NCBI GenBank assembly: GCA_045590975.1
Contig: JAZNRZ010000001.1
Span: forward strand, 10,900 to 74,899
DNA from: Candidatus Nanosyncoccaceae bacterium
GTDB taxonomy: Bacteria; Patescibacteriota; Saccharimonadia; Saccharimonadales; Saccharimonadaceae
Reading direction: 5' to 3'
DNA length: 64,000 bases
Translations under genes and position numbers: made by a program
The notes under the pieces: model-generated
Databases searched by the model: none
Told to the model about the DNA's origin: nothing
What the model saw: only the letters and a program-made list of their open reading frames with translations
Shown here: positions 36,400 through 45,665 of the stretch, piece by piece
Layout of the letters: every line of letters begins with the position of its first letter
How positions within the stretch are numbered: position 1 is the first letter of the stretch

Positions 36400-37851
36400 A
36401 TGAGCGAAAATGAAAGATTGCATAAGTATATCGTCCCTGGTTTGGACTGCCTTATTGGCGATCCTGACGTCCTCGAGCCTTCCGCCGAAACTAAGCTCAA
36501 GGCCGAGCTCATGATTATCCCGACTCACTACATCGAAAGATGCAGACAGTTCAGGGATGAGCTCTCAAACAGAGGCGAAGCAGCTAGCAAGCTCATCGTT
36601 AGCTTTGCACATATGTTGGAGACAATCCACAAAAGCTCTGGCGAAGAATACGTCTGCAAAAACGGCATGCGTGTCGCTTTTCAGAGACAGCTCGACGAGA
36701 GCGAACGTGAAGCCAAAAGCACCGCCGCCATCACTGTTCTTGCTGCTAAATGGTTTATCCATAACAGCGAATTCGAGGACAGAGAAGACGTAGCGATCCT
36801 CACTGGCGACAATTTCCTCGTAGCAGAAGCCAGTCTTAACGGCATAGATGTAGCCCACGTGAATCCGGATGTATATACCGGAAGACGTAGGCTCACACTC
36901 ACCGCCGAAACAATGGAGGCTTGGTGCAAATACAACTATATAACTCAGGAAATGTTCGAAAGAAACTTCCCGAACGAAGCACCGCTCAACGTAAATGAGT
37001 TTGTCCATTTTGATCCGTTCGAGGAAATGGAGACCGATAAGAAGCATTTCACTTACTATATCGGACGCTTCGAAGAGATCGAAAAAGAAACCGAAGAAGG
37101 CGGAAAGGTTAAGGAATACGTGATTCAGCAGATCCACTACATTCACAATCTTCCTAAGTGCATTCAGCCCAGGACACCCGGTCAGGCAATGCTTGCAGAA
37201 GCAATTATGGCCCCTGCAGAGAAAATCCCGATTGTCATATGTCCTGCACCTTTTGGCACTGGAAAAACCTTCCTTACCACCTCAATCGGTGCACAGCTGA
37301 CAATCTTTGACAAGAATCCGACTTACGAGTCGATCTTTGTCTGCCCGAGAGATGGCGAGCTCGGAAAAGAAATCGGTTTCCTTCCGGGCGACGAAACAGC
37401 GAAGACCCTTGCGAAGGCTAGACCCATTACGGATAACCTCGAGTCTTATCTCAAGCTTCGTGGCGACAAGGAAAAGGACGGAAAACCCAAGGGTAGAGCC
37501 CAAATCAAAAAAGATATTGAGCGCTATATCCAGGAATACTTCGAGTTTATCCCTATTATCAATATGGGCGGCCGCTCGCTCTCGGACAAGTTTATTATCC
37601 TTGACGAGACTCAGGACCTCGAAAGATTCCAGATGAACCAGCTGATGAAGAGAGAGGGCGATCGTTCTAAGCTTATCATCACTGGCGACCCCGAGCAGGT
37701 ATTCAACCGCCATCTGAGCAAGCACTCCAATGGTCTGAGCTATGCAGCTACAAAAATGCGTGGTTCAGAATACGCTATTGTAGTTAGCATGTTCGAAAGC
37801 GAGATCACCCGCTCGCAGGCAGCGAAGGAAATCGCTAAGCGCCTCGGATAA
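36400..37851 (+). CDS. PhoH2-like protein: degenerate PIN-like N-domain + PhoH-family P-loop ATPase
   Basis: AAAGGAGG SD. Walker A PAPFGTGKTF; IILDETQDL...KLIITGDPEQ (PhoH signature). N-terminus LDCLIGDPDVL...IIPTHYIE...ILTGDN is PIN-like. Confidence 0.8.
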   Translation: MSENERLHKYIVPGLDCLIGDPDVLEPSAETKLKAELMIIPTHYIERCRQFRDELSNRGEAASKLIVSFAHMLETIHKSSGEEYVCKNGMRVAFQRQLDESEREAKSTAAITVLAAKWFIHNSEFEDREDVAILTGDNFLVAEASLNGIDVAHVNPDVYTGRRRLTLTAETMEAWCKYNYITQEMFERNFPNEAPLNVNEFVHFDPFEEMETDKKHFTYYIGRFEEIEKETEEGGKVKEYVIQQIHYIHNLPKCIQPRTPGQAMLAEAIMAPAEKIPIVICPAPFGTGKTFLTTSIGAQLTIFDKNPTYESIFVCPRDGELGKEIGFLPGDETAKTLAKARPITDNLESYLKLRGDKEKDGKPKGRAQIKKDIERYIQEYFEFIPIINMGGRSLSDKFIILDETQDLERFQMNQLMKREGDRSKLIITGDPEQVFNRHLSKHSNGLSYAATKMRGSEYAIVVSMFESEITRSQAAKEIAKRLG

Positions 37852-37896
37852 AATTGACGGTTTCAATACTTCATTGTTCTATGTATTTATTTGTTT

Positions 37897-37927
37897 TAGC
37901 CCCCGAGTACGCTCGGGGGTATTTTTT
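37897..37927 (+). terminator. intrinsic terminator
   Basis: CCCCCGAG-TACG-CTCGGGGG + T-run. Confidence 0.85.
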
Positions 37928-37928
37928 C

Positions 37929-37983
37929 GCAATATTTATTATTTTTTGGAAAAAGAACATTCCAAAAATATAATAAATATTGC
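37929..37983. repeat. AT-rich ~22-bp-arm palindrome
   Basis: GCAATATTTATTATTTTTTGGA ... TCCAAAAATATAATAAATATTGC. Confidence 0.8.
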
Positions 37984-38053
37984 TCTAAAAAAATAACCCC
38001 AATATCTCGAGGTCAGAACAAACCTATTTATTACTTTCATTGTTCAATTCATG

Positions 38054-38110
38054 GCCTATTTGTTCCTTTTTTCTCAATGTGGCTTATTGAGAAAAAATGG
38101 AACAATAGGC
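38054..38110. repeat. ~24-bp-arm palindrome ending at the pth -10
   Basis: GCCTATTTGTTCCTTTTTTCTCAAT ... ATTGAGAAAAAATGGAACAATAGGC, directly followed by TATTAT + 6 nt + ATG. Confidence 0.8.
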
Positions 38111-38122
38111 TATTATTAACTC

Positions 38123-38641
38123 ATGAAAGTAATAATAGGTTTTGGTAACCCTGGTTCTAGATATAACTGGACGCGCCACAATACTGGCTTTTTGGCGCTC
38201 GATTTCTACGCCAAAGTTCACAAGCTAGAATGGAAAGACACGCCAAAATTCTTCTGTCAAAGCACCAAGGACAAAGACAACGATCTTCTTCTAATCAAGG
38301 CCACGACCTATTACAACGAAGTCGGCCGCGCCGCACGCGCCATTATGAACTTCTATAAGCTAAAACCTAGCGATTTCTTGATCGTTTGTGACGATTTTAA
38401 CCTAGATTTTGGCAAGCTCCGTTTCCGCGAAAAGGGCAGCGCAGGCGGCAATAATGGCCTCAAATCCTGCATCGCAGAGCTCGGCACGGAAGGTTTTCCA
38501 CGCCTTCGCATTGGCACCGCCAATGACGAAGTCCGCAAACAAGTCGGCGACGTAGATTTTGTGCTATCCAAATTCACACCAGAAGAGAAAGAAAAATTAC
38601 CAAATATTCTTGGCGAAGTTTGCAATTTTCTGACAAAATAG
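38123..38641 (+). CDS. pth: peptidyl-tRNA hydrolase
   Basis: IIGFGNPGSRYNWTRHNTGF. Leaderless. Confidence 0.93.
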   Translation: MKVIIGFGNPGSRYNWTRHNTGFLALDFYAKVHKLEWKDTPKFFCQSTKDKDNDLLLIKATTYYNEVGRAARAIMNFYKLKPSDFLIVCDDFNLDFGKLRFREKGSAGGNNGLKSCIAELGTEGFPRLRIGTANDEVRKQVGDVDFVLSKFTPEEKEKLPNILGEVCNFLTK

Positions 38642-38773
38642 CGATTTTTGGCATATTTTATAACACTTTTTTAGGAAATAACAATAAGCACTTTCACCCC
38701 TGTAAAATCACGACAACAGAGAACAAAAAAGCCGGTTTTACTATTGATTTTTTACAAAATACTAGAAAAAGTA

Positions 38774-38802
38774 TTGACGAAAAAGCAAATAAGTGCTATT
38801 AT
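38774..38802 (+). promoter_or_regulatory. promoter TTGACG-17-TGcTATTAT
   Basis: TTGACGAAAAAGCAAATAAGTGCTATTAT. No ORF follows. Confidence 0.65.
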
Positions 38803-38808
38803 GTAAAC

Positions 38809-39106
38809 AGTTTTGATTCGCAAGGATCAAAAAATGCACCTAAATAACCCATAGACATTGCAAACTTAGTTTGCAAGTGTTGCGTGCTTTAGAAACCCTT
38901 TCGGCCTTTAAGTCTTCTTTTATTATAGCTTAAAGAGAAAAGTATTACCTCCACTTAGAAAGACGTTTCTAAGGCTAGCAATCCCTTTAACCGGCGGACC
39001 CCATGTGTGAGGTGGGTCACGCTCCGGGTCTATCCCGGTTGCCTTAGGAGGTGTGTTAAAGGGTCAAATAGCCCCAGGTGATGCCCACCCTTACCTGGGG
39101 CTTTTT
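38809..39106 (+). ncRNA. candidate ~300-nt structured RNA with a three-way junction and terminator
   Basis: CUUAGAAA-GACG-UUUCUAAG hairpin. 9-bp P1 CCCUUUAAC/GUUAAAGGG (38983-39063) encloses GACCC...GGGUC and CUCC-GGG-UCUAU-CCC-...-GGAG. Terminator AGCCCCAGGU...ACCUGGGGCU + U5, whose loop CCCACC complements GGUGGG in the junction. Confidence 0.5.
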
Positions 39107-39131
39107 GATGGTCAAAAATCTGGTGCCTCCA

Positions 39132-39160
39132 TTGACTTTTAATAGCGTTTATGCTATAAT
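39132..39160 (+). promoter_or_regulatory. promoter cassette TTGACT-17-TGcTATAAT
   Basis: ATTGACTTTTAATAGCGTTTATGCTATAAT. Confidence 0.75.
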
Positions 39161-39225
39161 ATTCACATCGTTCACTACAGATCTTCGGCGAAAGCCAAAT
39201 ATAGTCACGAAAGGAGTGATCTATA

Positions 39226-39630
39226 GTGAAAGCAGTTTACAATAACCCCGAGGAAAGATACATCGTCCGCAAGCGCTTGGTCGAGACCGTGGCATACTTC
39301 ACCCTCCACGTTGTCTTAATCGCCCTCTCCGTACTCGAGTGCAAAATCGCCATGACAAACAACCTGGCAGCGACCATCATCGCTGCAGTCGTCTTCGTCG
39401 GCTTGGCGAGCTTCGAGCGCATCTACGGCCCTCTGGTTGGCTATGACCATCAGGGATTCGCCTGCGCGACCGCCTCCTGCGCATTCGGTCAGTTCGTAAA
39501 CTGGCTCTGGATGACATGTTGGCCTCAGGACTTCGCAGATCTCTCGACTACCATCCCGTTAGCTATCCTGTTTAGCGTTTTCGGATTCGTAATCCAGTGT
39601 TTGATGCTTTGGGAAGACCTCGGAGACTAA
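39226..39630 (+). CDS. small polytopic membrane protein (134 aa)
   Basis: AAAGGAG lies 9 nt before the GTG start. About four hydrophobic helices. Confidence 0.7.
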   Translation: MKAVYNNPEERYIVRKRLVETVAYFTLHVVLIALSVLECKIAMTNNLAATIIAAVVFVGLASFERIYGPLVGYDHQGFACATASCAFGQFVNWLWMTCWPQDFADLSTTIPLAILFSVFGFVIQCLMLWEDLGD

Positions 39631-39635
39631 ACCAC

Positions 39636-39661
39636 ACGCCCCGCCTAGCGGGGCTTTTTAT
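39636..39661 (+). terminator. intrinsic terminator
   Basis: GCCCCGC-CTAG-GCGGGGC + T5. Confidence 0.85.
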
Positions 39662-39682
39662 TACTAAAAAATAAGGCATGAG

Positions 39683-39711
39683 AAAAGGCCCGCCGAAGCG
39701 AGCCTTTTTTG
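39683..39711. terminator. hairpin terminator
   Basis: AAGGCCCGC-CGAA-GCGAGCCTT with T/A runs on both sides. Confidence 0.7.
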
Positions 39712-39728
39712 TAGGATAGGAGTTTACT

Positions 39729-41006
39729 TTAATTAAGACCGAGAGCATAGATAACGCTGATCAGTTCCGGACGGAATGTAACGCACTTAGCGTGCTTACC
39801 GTCGCTGATTGTAGCAAGCACAACAGCTGTATCCTGGCAGGCATTGCCTTCAAGATTGAAGCTGTGAGTTTCGCCAGTCTCACTGTCGACAACATTCACA
39901 TTGTTGCGAAGCACGTTAATATCGTACTTGCCATAATGAAGAATGCTAACGTCGTGGCAGTTGACATAATCAGCAGGAACAATCGCCGCAGACCAAGTAT
40001 GGTTCTCGGTAAAGCCGAGAGGAGCATCAATGCTATCGATTTCGATGCTGAACTGATGTCCGTTAAGCTCGCCGTCGAGCCAGTAAACTGAACCCTCGGT
40101 GTTCTGAGCGTCCTCACGAACATACTCAGACCATTCGATAGAGCCCCACTTGGGATCGCTGATGCCGTTCAGAGGCATAATATTGGTAGAGATCTTGTCG
40201 ATAACCGTATAAATCTCCTTGGTTTCAGAAACCTCGGAAGAAGCGGTAGTCTCTTCGACCTCTTCGCCTTCAGCGACAATTGCAGGAGCGCCATCAGTTG
40301 CGATTACCCAGCTGTCATTGCCGTATGCAACAAGTGCATACTTCTCATAGTCAGCAAAGGTGTTCTGATGTGCGGCATACTTCCATTCGGCATAGTGCCG
40401 ATAGTCGAGGACGAGTGCCTCCCAACCATCGCCGTATACGAATGTAGTACCCGGGCCAGGGCAGTAGGAAACTCGTCCCTCGGCCTCAAAAGTCCAGCCA
40501 TCAACAGTAGTCTCGCCCTTGTGAGCCGCGATAGGCATTCCGATAGCAACGCCATCATCGTGCCAAGTCAGCGGAGCGAAATCATCACCCTTGTAGCAGC
40601 TGTTAACCGTATCAAGGGTGAATGTCCAGTCGCCCTCATCAAGAAGGTGGCCGGAAAGGGTAATCGTACTGCCTTCGGTAACCTCAGTCACAAACTGAAA
40701 ATCCTTCCAGTCGATAACGAAATTACCACGGACGGTCTGGTCACCCGGCTTAACGTAGTAACCAGAAGTGGCAGAACCAATTGCAGTTGCAGAGTCTGTA
40801 TTATCATCAATTGCCTCGATCGCATCGGACACGCCAGATGCGAACTCGGTATTTGCTGCGTACGAAGCCTCAATGATAGCAGTGTCGCTAACAGAGGCCG
40901 GTGCGGTCATGGAAGCGGTAGTGTTCTCAGAGAGAACAGCACCAAAACCATTGACCAGGGTGATTGCTGCAACAGCAGCGCTTGCGATTTTCTTGCTCAT
41001 GTACAT
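39729..41006 (-). CDS. secreted protein of unknown function (425 aa)
   Basis: TTGACT-16-TGTGTTATAAT promoter and AGGAGG SD. Signal peptide MSKKIASAAVAAITLVNGFGAVLS. Confidence 0.8.
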   Translation of the reverse strand: MYMSKKIASAAVAAITLVNGFGAVLSENTTASMTAPASVSDTAIIEASYAANTEFASGVSDAIEAIDDNTDSATAIGSATSGYYVKPGDQTVRGNFVIDWKDFQFVTEVTEGSTITLSGHLLDEGDWTFTLDTVNSCYKGDDFAPLTWHDDGVAIGMPIAAHKGETTVDGWTFEAEGRVSYCPGPGTTFVYGDGWEALVLDYRHYAEWKYAAHQNTFADYEKYALVAYGNDSWVIATDGAPAIVAEGEEVEETTASSEVSETKEIYTVIDKISTNIMPLNGISDPKWGSIEWSEYVREDAQNTEGSVYWLDGELNGHQFSIEIDSIDAPLGFTENHTWSAAIVPADYVNCHDVSILHYGKYDINVLRNNVNVVDSETGETHSFNLEGNACQDTAVVLATISDGKHAKCVTFRPELISVIYALGLN

Positions 41007-41126
41007 AACTATGTACCTCCTAGTAATGTTCTATGCGTTTGGTTTCCCAACGCATGATACTAAGTATTATAACACACATGCCCAAAAAAGTCAATAGGCG
41101 CTTATGCTTTTTACCCCTTAAAATAA

Positions 41127-41155
41127 TTGACTTTGCGTGTTTTCTATGCCATAAT
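41127..41155 (+). promoter_or_regulatory. promoter TTGACT-17-TGcCATAAT
   Basis: TTGACTTTGCGTGTTTTCTATGCCATAAT. Confidence 0.7.
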
Positions 41156-41238
41156 AACGAAATCCGTTTTGGCGCTCTTTTTATCTATAAATAGTAAGAA
41201 AAAAGCGCCTTCCGTCCATACTTCAAGGAGGTTCACTT

Positions 41239-41733
41239 ATGAAAAACTTCTACGATATCGCACGATCTGTTGCGAATCAGACCAGGTTATATCTGGCAGA
41301 AAAGAAGCAGCCCGACGACAATGGCGCTATAATGATCCATTTCGAGGTCTGTGATCCGATGTTCGCTAAGGCTTACTTCGGCGAAGATTGCCAGAATGCC
41401 AGATACGCATTCCCCTTTAATACAACCGGACGCTTCAATCCCTACCAGAGAATCAAATGCAGCGAACTTATCGACAAGCAGCTCATCCTTGATGACTTTA
41501 CTAGCTCGGTAGATGATTCAAGAATCATCACTGCAATCATCAAGAAGAGAGAAGGCACAAAAGAAGGCAAAATTCTTCTCAAAATCAATATCGCCATCTG
41601 CAGCTACTATGATGAAGTCTCGGACGATATAAACATCAAGAAAAGAACCGTCGGCTCCATCAACGGCCTCCACGACTGCCTTAGCTCCATCTGTGGCGAA
41701 TACTGCGCAACAACTTTCTCTTACTGTCTATAA
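41239..41733 (+). CDS. hypothetical protein (164 aa)
   Basis: AAGGAGG lies 7 nt before the ATG. The 5' UTR carries a long hairpin GGCGCUCUUUUU...AGAAAAAAGCGCC. Confidence 0.7.
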   Translation: MKNFYDIARSVANQTRLYLAEKKQPDDNGAIMIHFEVCDPMFAKAYFGEDCQNARYAFPFNTTGRFNPYQRIKCSELIDKQLILDDFTSSVDDSRIITAIIKKREGTKEGKILLKINIAICSYYDEVSDDINIKKRTVGSINGLHDCLSSICGEYCATTFSYCL

Positions 41734-41768
41734 AAAGAACCCCCGACATTCGTGCCGGGGGACTTTTT
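41734..41768. terminator. bidirectional terminator
   Basis: CCCCCGACA-TTCG-TGCCGGGGG. Confidence 0.85.
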
Positions 41769-42261
41769 ATTCTTTGGCGGTTTTTAGATCTTCGATATAG
41801 TTCTTGCCATTTGTATAGTTCAAGGTCTCTACATGCGGCATCGCCTCGAGAAGAGCAATAATTGCGGTATCGGTCTCAGCATTCTGCATCGAAGCCTTTG
41901 CTTTCTTGGCATGAGAATTTACATGAAGCTGGCGATAAACAATCCTTGTTACGCCCGCCTGCAAAAGATGGCGAAGGCAGTCTACACAAGGCGCCACGCT
42001 AGAATAAACCGTGCAATCTTTCAAATCACAATGCGAGAAAATCATGGCATTCATCTCGCTGTGAATAGAGAAGTAATACTTCATTGGACGCTCAGAAAGA
42101 GTAAGCTTAGACTCGTCGGCGTGCTGAATTAGGCCATTGTAGCCAAAAGAAATCGGACGATGGTTCTTTGTTGTAATAACTGTACCGACCTTAGTCGAAG
42201 GATCTTTAGACCTCAAAGCCACCGTTTCGGCAATTTTCAAAAAATATTCATCCCATTCCAT
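41767..42261 (-). CDS. deoxycytidylate (dCMP) deaminase
   Basis: MEWDEYFLKIAETVALRS..., HSEMNAM, PCVDCLRHL. Start moved to ATG 42261 because the track start lies in the TGTATAAT -10. Confidence 0.9.
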   Translation of the reverse strand: MEWDEYFLKIAETVALRSKDPSTKVGTVITTKNHRPISFGYNGLIQHADESKLTLSERPMKYYFSIHSEMNAMIFSHCDLKDCTVYSSVAPCVDCLRHLLQAGVTRIVYRQLHVNSHAKKAKASMQNAETDTAIIALLEAMPHVETLNYTNGKNYIEDLKTAKE

Positions 42262-42361
42262 ATATAATTCCTCACACAAATAATTAAGTTTATTATACAC
42301 TAGTTCAGGAACAGATAGAGGCTAGACAAAGCCCGCAAAGATTATGTTATTATAAATTAAT

Positions 42362-44680
42362 ATGAGCAAAAACTTAGTAATCGTAGAGTCTCCAGCGAAA
42401 GCCCACACTATCGAGAAGTATCTCGGTTCAGATTTTCAGGTCCTTGCATCTGTCGGCCACATTCGCAAAGATACTAAGGTAGATAAAAACACTTTTGACG
42501 TCACTTACGAAGTTGACCCAGGTCACAAACAAATCCTCTCCGACCTTAAGAAAGCTATGAAAGCTTGTGACAAAGTCTGGCTTGCAACGGATGAAGACCG
42601 CGAAGGAGAGGCTATTTCTTGGCACCTTACACAGGTCCTAAAACTTCCAGAAGATACCGCGCGTATTACTTTCCATGAAATTACCAAATCTGCCCTCGAA
42701 GAGGCTATCAAGCATCCTCGCACCGTAGATATGGCCATGGTTTCTAGCCAGCAGGCTCGCCAAACCCTAGATATGCTTGTAGGTTTTGATCTTTCTGGTA
42801 TCGTACGCAAGAAAGTTCCTGGCGCTATTTCTGCCGGTCGCGTTCAGAGTCCAGCGCTTCGCCTTATCGTAGAGCGTGAACAGCAAATCGAGAAATTCTC
42901 TAGCAAATACACCTACAAGGTCACTGGTGATTTCGGTTTTCCTGCCACCCTTAACCATACTTTCGAAACCGAAGAAGAAGTTAAAACCTTCCTCGAGAAG
43001 CTTCTTAATGCTGAATATATCGTCAGCGCCGTCGAGCATACTCCTGGCGTTCGCAAACCAGCTCCGCCATTCACAACCGCAAGCATGCAGATTGAGGCCA
43101 ACACTCGCCTCGGTTATTCTACGCGCGTTACCATGAATGCCGCCCAGGCTCTCTATCAGGCTGGCCTTATTACTTATCACCGTACCGACTCCCTAAACCT
43201 TAGTAAACAAGCTATCGCCAGCATGGCAAGCTATATCGAATCCACCTACGGAAAAGAGTATCTAAAGGTCCGCAGCTTCAAAACCAAGGATGCCAGCGCC
43301 CAAGAAGCCCACGAAGCTATCCGCCCAACTAACATCGCAGTCGAGAGTGCAGGCAAAAACACCTACGAACAGCATCTTTATGCTCTTATTCGCGCTCGCG
43401 CTTTGTCTACCCAGATGGCAGACGCAGAACTTGCAAAAACTACAATTACCGTCAGTACACCTACAGAATACGTTTTTGAAGGTAAAGGCGAAGTTGTCAC
43501 TTTTGATGGCTTCCTCAAGGTTTACGGTCGCCTCAAAGAGAGCGAGCTACCAGATCTTCAGACTGGCGATACCGTAGAAGCAAAAGCTATCGTCGCCCAT
43601 CAGACCTATAGCAAACCGCCGGCCAGATACACCGAAGGTTCGCTCGTTAAAGAGCTCGAAAAGCTTGGTATCGGCCGCCCAAGTACCTACGCCAGCATTA
43701 TGACCGCAATTCAGTCTCGTGGCTACGTTACCAAGGGCGAAAGCGAAGGCGAAGAGCGCGAAGTAACCGAATTTCGCCTAGAGAATCAGGTTATTACTCA
43801 AGGCATCGTCAAAGAGAAGTTTGGCGCCAACAAGGGCAAGCTCATGCCAACCCCTATTGGTGAGCTTATTTCTGGCTTCCTAACAGATAACTTCAAGAAT
43901 ATTGTCGATTACAAGTTTACCGCTAATATCGAAAAAGACCTCGACCTTATTGCCGAGAGAAAACTCGAGCGCGTCAAGATGCTCAGGGATTTCTATGGTC
44001 CATTCAATAACGATGTCTTGGCCGCCGAGGGAATCGAGCGCTACAATAACGCCCGTGTTCTTGGCCATGATCCAAAAACCGGCAAGACCATCTATGCTAA
44101 GGTTGGCAAAAACGGTGGCTTCATTCAGCTTGGTGAAAACGAGAAAGAATCTGGCGAAAAGCCACGCTTCGCGCCACTGCCAAAGCGTAAATCCGTTAAA
44201 ACTGTTACTCTTGAGCAGGCCCTCAAGCAACTCGAATTACCACAGCTACCACGCAGCCTCGGCAAAGCCGCTGACGGCGCAGAAATTATTGCCGCCGCTG
44301 GTCCATTTGGTCCATATCTAAAAGCTGGCAAATACAACGTCCCAATGAAGAGCAAGGAAGAGACCTTCGACCCTTATACAATTACGCTCGAACAGGCCGA
44401 ACCTCTCTATGTCGCCAAGCGCGATAGCTATATTGCCGACTGGGGCGAGATCCAGATCATCAATGGCGCTTATGGCCCATACGTCAAAGGCCCAGGCCGC
44501 AGAAACAACGTCAAAGTTCCAAAAGATGTCGATCCAAAGACTATCACAAAGGAACAGGCCGAAGAAATGCTAGCCAACAAGCCAAAGGCTACGCGTCGCC
44601 CAGCTACTAGAAAGAAAGCTTCTACCGCAAAGAAGTCTACAGCCAAGAAAACTGCAACCAAAAAGACAACAAAGAAATAA
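42362..44680 (+). CDS. topA: DNA topoisomerase I with Lys-rich C-terminal tail
   Basis: LVIVESPAKAHTIEKYLG (Toprim); type IA core. Confidence 0.97.
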   Translation: MSKNLVIVESPAKAHTIEKYLGSDFQVLASVGHIRKDTKVDKNTFDVTYEVDPGHKQILSDLKKAMKACDKVWLATDEDREGEAISWHLTQVLKLPEDTARITFHEITKSALEEAIKHPRTVDMAMVSSQQARQTLDMLVGFDLSGIVRKKVPGAISAGRVQSPALRLIVEREQQIEKFSSKYTYKVTGDFGFPATLNHTFETEEEVKTFLEKLLNAEYIVSAVEHTPGVRKPAPPFTTASMQIEANTRLGYSTRVTMNAAQALYQAGLITYHRTDSLNLSKQAIASMASYIESTYGKEYLKVRSFKTKDASAQEAHEAIRPTNIAVESAGKNTYEQHLYALIRARALSTQMADAELAKTTITVSTPTEYVFEGKGEVVTFDGFLKVYGRLKESELPDLQTGDTVEAKAIVAHQTYSKPPARYTEGSLVKELEKLGIGRPSTYASIMTAIQSRGYVTKGESEGEEREVTEFRLENQVITQGIVKEKFGANKGKLMPTPIGELISGFLTDNFKNIVDYKFTANIEKDLDLIAERKLERVKMLRDFYGPFNNDVLAAEGIERYNNARVLGHDPKTGKTIYAKVGKNGGFIQLGENEKESGEKPRFAPLPKRKSVKTVTLEQALKQLELPQLPRSLGKAADGAEIIAAAGPFGPYLKAGKYNVPMKSKEETFDPYTITLEQAEPLYVAKRDSYIADWGEIQIINGAYGPYVKGPGRRNNVKVPKDVDPKTITKEQAEEMLANKPKATRRPATRKKASTAKKSTAKKTATKKTTKK

Positions 44681-44754
44681 AGCAAGAAAAATCCCCGGAG
44701 CTTCGACTTTTTAGTATTATCTTTTTCATATCTTAAAAACCACTCTAAATTATT

Positions 44755-44783
44755 GACTTTTCAAGACGTTTATGCTATAATAA
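44755..44783 (+). promoter_or_regulatory. promoter cassette TTGACT-17-TGcTATAAT
   Basis: ATTGACTTTTCAAGACGTTTATGCTATAAT. Confidence 0.75.
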
Positions 44784-44844
44784 TCATATTGCCTGGAATT
44801 CCAGAGCAAAGAATATTTCAAGAAAGAAAGGAGGGTATTCTCTT

Positions 44845-45648
44845 ATGACTAAGAAGAATATCCTGGCTGCTATCGTTGCAGCCGCAATGTCCGTGACCGT
44901 ATCCGCAACTATCGCAGGCGCAAGCCTCACCGCTAGCGCTGCTGCTTGCAACAACGTCGACAAGGAGCCCGAGTACGCTCTCGCTCCGCCTATCCGCCTG
45001 ATGTACGAGGAGGAAATCCCCGAGTCTACCTGGGACGACATTCGCTATAAGCTCGATTGTAACGGCGACAAGGAAATCCATGTCAACGACGCTATCAGCT
45101 TCAAGCGCAACGGCAACGACGCTCTCGCTACTGCAGTTTGCAACTACATTCTTGCAGATGGTCAGCTCGAGTTCACCGTGTCTCCGGTATCTCTCAAGGA
45201 TATCTCCGATCGCATCAAGAGCGAAGACTTCGAACTCACGTCCGTCTGGGGCGTAGACGAAGATAGCGACGGCAAATTCGAGACCGCACGCTTCATGTTC
45301 CTGAATAACTACACCGGCACCTTCTTCGTTGAAGAGACATCCACGATGTCTATGGAGGACGGTTTCGTTAAGCTCTGGGACATCGACGGCGACAAGGCAG
45401 TAACCGAAAAGGATGCAGCGCATGCACTCCTCGAAGAGGAGAACATTGAAAAGGCAGACGCTATCGGCCAGTACGCTGAGTACGGCAACGGTGGCTTCGC
45501 TATCCAGTGCTTCATCCCGGTTAGCCTCAGCGAAACTCTCGAAGCAATGCTTGCGGATGGTGCAGAATTTGTCGCAGCCGACAACAGCGCCTACGGCATC
45601 ACGCTCTTCGACTACAACCACGGCATCACTAGCTTCCGCTACTGGTAA
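44845..45648 (+). CDS. secreted protein with two dockerin/EF-hand-like Ca-binding repeats
   Basis: AAAGGAGGG SD and signal peptide. DCNGDKEIHVNDA and DIDGDKAVTEKDA. Confidence 0.75.
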   Translation: MTKKNILAAIVAAAMSVTVSATIAGASLTASAAACNNVDKEPEYALAPPIRLMYEEEIPESTWDDIRYKLDCNGDKEIHVNDAISFKRNGNDALATAVCNYILADGQLEFTVSPVSLKDISDRIKSEDFELTSVWGVDEDSDGKFETARFMFLNNYTGTFFVEETSTMSMEDGFVKLWDIDGDKAVTEKDAAHALLEEENIEKADAIGQYAEYGNGGFAIQCFIPVSLSETLEAMLADGAEFVAADNSAYGITLFDYNHGITSFRYW

Positions 45649-45665
45649 GCCACAAACCTTTCGAC

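Noticed and set aside
44681-44740. Intrinsic terminator after topA.
   Set aside because: The AAAAATCCCCGGAGCTTCGACTTTTT segment does not form a convincing stem.
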